NCBI GenBank assembly: GCA_051530055.1
Contig: CM121341.1
Span: 10,704,784 to 10,768,783 of the forward strand
Direction: 5' to 3'
From: Neoechinorhynchus agilis
Lineage: Eukaryota > Animalia > Acanthocephala
Length of the DNA: 64,000 bases
This document shows, one piece after another, positions 59,820-64,000 of this stretch. The position numbers and the translations under genes were made by a program. How positions within the stretch are numbered: the stretch's first letter is position 1; each line of letters opens with the position of its first letter. The notes under the pieces are model-generated. The model was not told the DNA's origin. It did no database searches and saw nothing but the letters and a program-made list of their open reading frames with translations.

Positions 59820-62415
59820 TGTCCATAAAACTTGAGTAGTCAATGGCCCAATTTTGAATTTTGGGAGGAGTTTAAATTCAAATTTATCGACTCGGGAAGC
59901 GCAATATGTTGAGCTTTTTAGTTTAATAGCGTTATAATTAAAATTTTACGTCGAGGTTCAAGAACTAATTTCGATTTCCATAAAACTTGAGTAGTCAATG
60001 GCCTAATTTTTAATTTAAGAAGAAGTTTAAATTCAAATTTATCTACACTGGAAGCGTAATATGCTGAGTTTTTTAATTTGACAGCGTTATAATTAAAATT
60101 TTACGTCGAGGTTCAAGAATTAATTTTGGATGTAGTCAATGGCCCAATTTTGAATTTAAGGAGGGGCCTTAAATTCAAATTTATCGACTCGGGAAGCATA
60201 ACAAGCTGAGTTTTTGAATTTGACAGCGTTATAATTAAAAGTTTACGCCGAGGTTCAAGAACTAATTTCGATGTCCATAAAACTTGAGTTGTCAATGGCC
60301 CAATTTTGAATTTAATGAGGGGCTTAAAATTCAAATTTATCAACTCGGGACGCGTAATATGCTGAGTTTTTGAATTTAATAACGTTATAATTAAAATTTT
60401 ACGTCGTGGTTTAAGAACTAATTTCGATTTCCATAAAACTTGAGTAGTCAATGGCCTAGTTTTGAATTAAAAGACGAGTTTAAATTCAAATTTATCCACT
60501 CGGGACGTGTAATATGCTTAGTTTTTTTTATTTGACAGCGTTATAATTTAAATTTTACGCTGAGGTTCAAGAACTAATTTCGATGTCCATAAAACTTGAG
60601 TAGTCAATGGCTTAGTTTTTAATTTAAGGAGGAGTTTAAATTCAAATTTATCTACTCGGGAAGCGTAATATGCTGAGTTTTTGAATTTGACAGCGTTATA
60701 ATTAAAATTTTACGCCGAGGTTCAAGAACAAATTTCGATGTCCATAAAACTTGAGTAGTCAATGGCCTAGTTTTGAATTTAAGGAGGAGTTTAAATTCAA
60801 ATTTATCCACTCGGGACGTGTAATATGCTTAGTTTTTTTTATTTGACAGCGTTATAATTAAAATTTTACGTCGAGGTTCAAGAACTAATTTCGATTTCCA
60901 TAAAACTTGAGTAGTCAATGGCCCAATTTTGAATTTAATGAGGGGCTTAAAATTCAAATTTATCAACTCGGGACGCGTAATATGCTGAGTTTTTGAATTT
61001 AATAACGTTATAATTAAAATTTTACGTCGTGGTTTAAGAACTAATTTCGATTTCCATAAAACTTGAGTAGTCAATGGCCTAGTTTTGAATTTAAGAGAGT
61101 TTAAATTCAAATTTATCGACTCGGGAAGCGTAATATGCTGAGTTTTTGAATTTGACAGCGTTATAATTAAAATTTTACGCCGAGGTTCAAGAACTAATTT
61201 CGATGTCCATAAAACTTGAGTAGTCAATGGCCCAGTTTTGAATTTAAGTAGTTTAAATTCAAATTTGTCAACTCGGGACGCGTAATATGCTGAGTTTTTG
61301 AATTTAATAACGTTATAATTAAAATTTTACGTCGTGGTTTAAGAACTAATTTCGATTTCCATAAAACTTGAGTAGTCAATGGCCTAGTTTTGAATTAAAA
61401 GACGAGTTTAAATTCAAATTTATCCACTCGGGACGTGTAATATGCTTAGTTTTTTTATTTGACAGCGTTATAATTTAAATTTTACGCTGAAGTTCAAGAA
61501 CTAATTTCGATGTCCATAAAACTTGAGTAGTCAATGGCTTAGTTTTTAATTTAAGGAGGAGTTTAAATTCAAATTTATCTACCCGGGAAGCGTAATATGC
61601 TGAGTTTTTGAATTTGACAGCGCTATAATTAAAATTTTACGCCGAGGTTCAAGAACTAATTTCGATGTCCATAAAACTTGAGTAGTCAATGGCCTAGTTT
61701 TGAATTTAAGGAGGAGTTTAAATTCAAATTTATACACTCGGGATGTGTAATATGCTGAGTTTTTGAATTTGACAGCGTTATAATTAAAATTTTACGTCGA
61801 GGTTCAAGAACTAATTTCGATTTCCATAAAACTTGAGTAGTCAATGGCTTAGTTTTGAATTAAAAGATGAGTTTAAATTCAAATTTATCCACTCGGGACG
61901 TGTAGTATGCTGAGTTTTTGAATTTAACAGCGTTACAATTAAAATTTTACGTCGAGGTTCAAGAACTAATTTCGATGTAAATAAAACTTGAGTAGTCAAT
62001 GGCCTAGTTTTGAATTTAAGAAGTTTAAATTCAAATTTATCGACTCGGGAAGCATAATAAGCTGAGTTTTTGAATTTGACAGCGTTATAATTAAAATTTT
62101 ACGCCGAGGTTCAAGAACTAATTTCGATGTCCATAAAACTTGAGTAGTCAATGGCCCAGGTTTGAATTTAAGTAGGGGCTTTAAATTCAAATTTGTCAAC
62201 TCGGGACGTGTAATATGCTTAGTTTTTGAATTTCATAGCGTTACAATTAAAATTTTACGCCGAGGTTCAAGAACTAATTTCGATTTCCATAAAACTTGAG
62301 TAGTCAATGGCCCAGTTTTGAATTTAAAGACGAATTTAAATTCAAATTTATCCACTCAGGACGTGTAATATGCTGAGTTTTTGAATTTAATAGCGTTACA
62401 ATTAAAATTTTATTT
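59820..62415. repeat. Tandem array, about 155-bp unit, about 17 copies
   Basis: CATAAAACTTGAGTAGTCAATGGCC...AAATTCAAATTTATC...GAGGTTCAAGAACTAATTTCGAT recurs every 154-157 bp. Confidence 0.97.
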
Positions 62416-64000
62416 CGAGAACATATCGATTCAGAATTGTTTCATAGATGTTATGAAAAACCTCGCCGTAAAACCGTCGAAGAGCAAACCATAAATTATT
62501 ACAGGCTAACCTAGTTTTTAGCTAACGGTTTACTGATCCGCCTAAAGCTCCAAAATATTCTTTGCCACAGTCATAAGAGCATTCCGAACTCTCAAATTAA
62601 ATTTGAAAAAAAACTCGATCGCTATCCTTTTTCAGAAATATCCTCTTCGTTATTCCCATTAGCAAATCTTTTTATCCTGGTAGCACATATCCCTAAATCG
62701 ATGCGCGCAAATGTTTCATGCCCTAGTGATTATTCAAGGCAAGCTCCATGGTCTTTTTTATAATTCAATTCTCTCGAAAATTCATTACACAGTGTCTATG
62801 ATTCTTGTTGAAGAACAAAAAGTTTATTACAGCGGCATGCAGTTCCAATAAGTTAAGAATTAAATTCATCTTTAATTCTGACAAACTTTATGAAGTGCAT
62901 TCAAGTCGAGGAAACCCCCCTTCCTATGGCTTTTGTTACTTTGTGCGTTAAAGTGAAAGCTTTTTCTCATAAGTTTAGCGTTTGTCTGGCTCTTCACAAT
63001 TCGCACGAATCGCAGCCACTCACAGCGAACAGAATATTGATGGCGCATATCGCTGGCGCCTGGTGGTTGATAGTGGAGAAGAAGGTGCTCAAATTGCTCC
63101 AAATATCGATTAGAATTTCACATAGACTTATGGTGAAACTCGGATTACGAAGACCTGATTCTGAGCTATAAATAATGTTCTCTAGGTTTACCGTTCATCA
63201 ATTAAAATTTAGTCCGCCAATATTATGCAATATTCGGTTATTAAACTGCTAAGAAAATAAAAAATATCCCCAAGGAATGGCATTTATGCCAATTGTATTT
63301 AGGATAGGAAATCCTATAATTTCGGCATTTTTCTATTATGCTACTTTTACATGCTGCCAATTGGAAATACTTTGAAGAAACATCTTAAGAAACGCAAAAT
63401 CATTTCACCATCGAAAATGCGCAATAGTGGCCGCCAAATCGTCTTAGACATAATTTGACTGTAATTTAGCCAAACGAGATTCCCTGGCAATTAAAAGAAG
63501 TTCGGTTTAAAGCGTATCAAAAATGGAACTTTAAATAGTCGTTGACAGTTAGAATTAAACAGCACCATCTCACTCACCATAGAAGCTCGCTAATATTGGG
63601 TTTGACAAGTTTTGCTTAAAAAGTTACGGTATGCAAACCGTTGTCAAATAACCACCAATTTCATTCAAAAGAACACAATCGATTCTAGGCAAATTTATTC
63701 GTTTAAGCATAAACCAACGCTCCTACCTGCCATCCGCATCCCACGCAAGTTGACTGTGTTAAATTATGCACGAGATATTTTTAAAGCTAATAGTACATGT
63801 TGCTAACCTCGTTTGTGCTTAGGGCCCTTAAATTTATGGGTGTTTCGGAATGAATAGGTTTCATGGTATTTTAGTACACGTTAAACGTTCTTCTCTTTTA
63901 CCAATTGGTTATAAAAGCTCCATTCACATTTGTACTCACTGTGAATATAAAGAAAAGGTCCTGTGAGATACAGCGCGTTAATGTTGTATCCCAAAATGTG

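Noticed and set aside
60113-62199. Repetitive ORFs (MTTQVLW.SKLVL...)
   Set aside because: By-products of the 155-bp array; the unit length is mostly not a multiple of three.
62872-63171. ORFs on both strands near the right edge
   Set aside because: Possibly an exon of a gene outside the window; no identifiable product.

Overview
AT-rich eukaryotic (metazoan-type) genomic DNA from a compact genome with short GT-AG introns (mostly about 34-65 nt). Eight conserved genes are recognisable: VPS33 (runs off the left edge), pyridoxal kinase, class II CPD photolyase, sterol O-acyltransferase (SOAT), a selenoprotein thioredoxin-glutathione reductase (CPYC glutaredoxin domain, GCUG tail, clear SECIS), DLST, SDE2 and fumarase. 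They are interspersed with five unrelated tandem-repeat arrays (units about 164, 178, 375, 110 and 155 bp), short dispersed palindromic elements and fragments of CRE- and RTE-type non-LTR retrotransposons. The 34-52 kb region is accessory. A 3,675-bp block carrying a secreted orphan gene occurs twice (7,698 bp apart), each copy bracketed by internally deleted CRE copies, and small single-pass membrane ORFs lie nearby. Most notable: (1) palindromic mini-elements with outward-facing hammerhead-like cores, one with a 13-bp target-site duplication; (2) a splice-acceptor-like YAG in frame just upstream of the ATG in 7 of 8 housekeeping genes, suggesting an AUG-donating spliced leader as in flatworms; (3) the CRE-bracketed gene duplication; (4) a same-strand gene apparently nested in SOAT intron 1; (5) an AG-K instead of GG-K processing site in SDE2. 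All calls are by eye; no searches were run and the taxon is not established.
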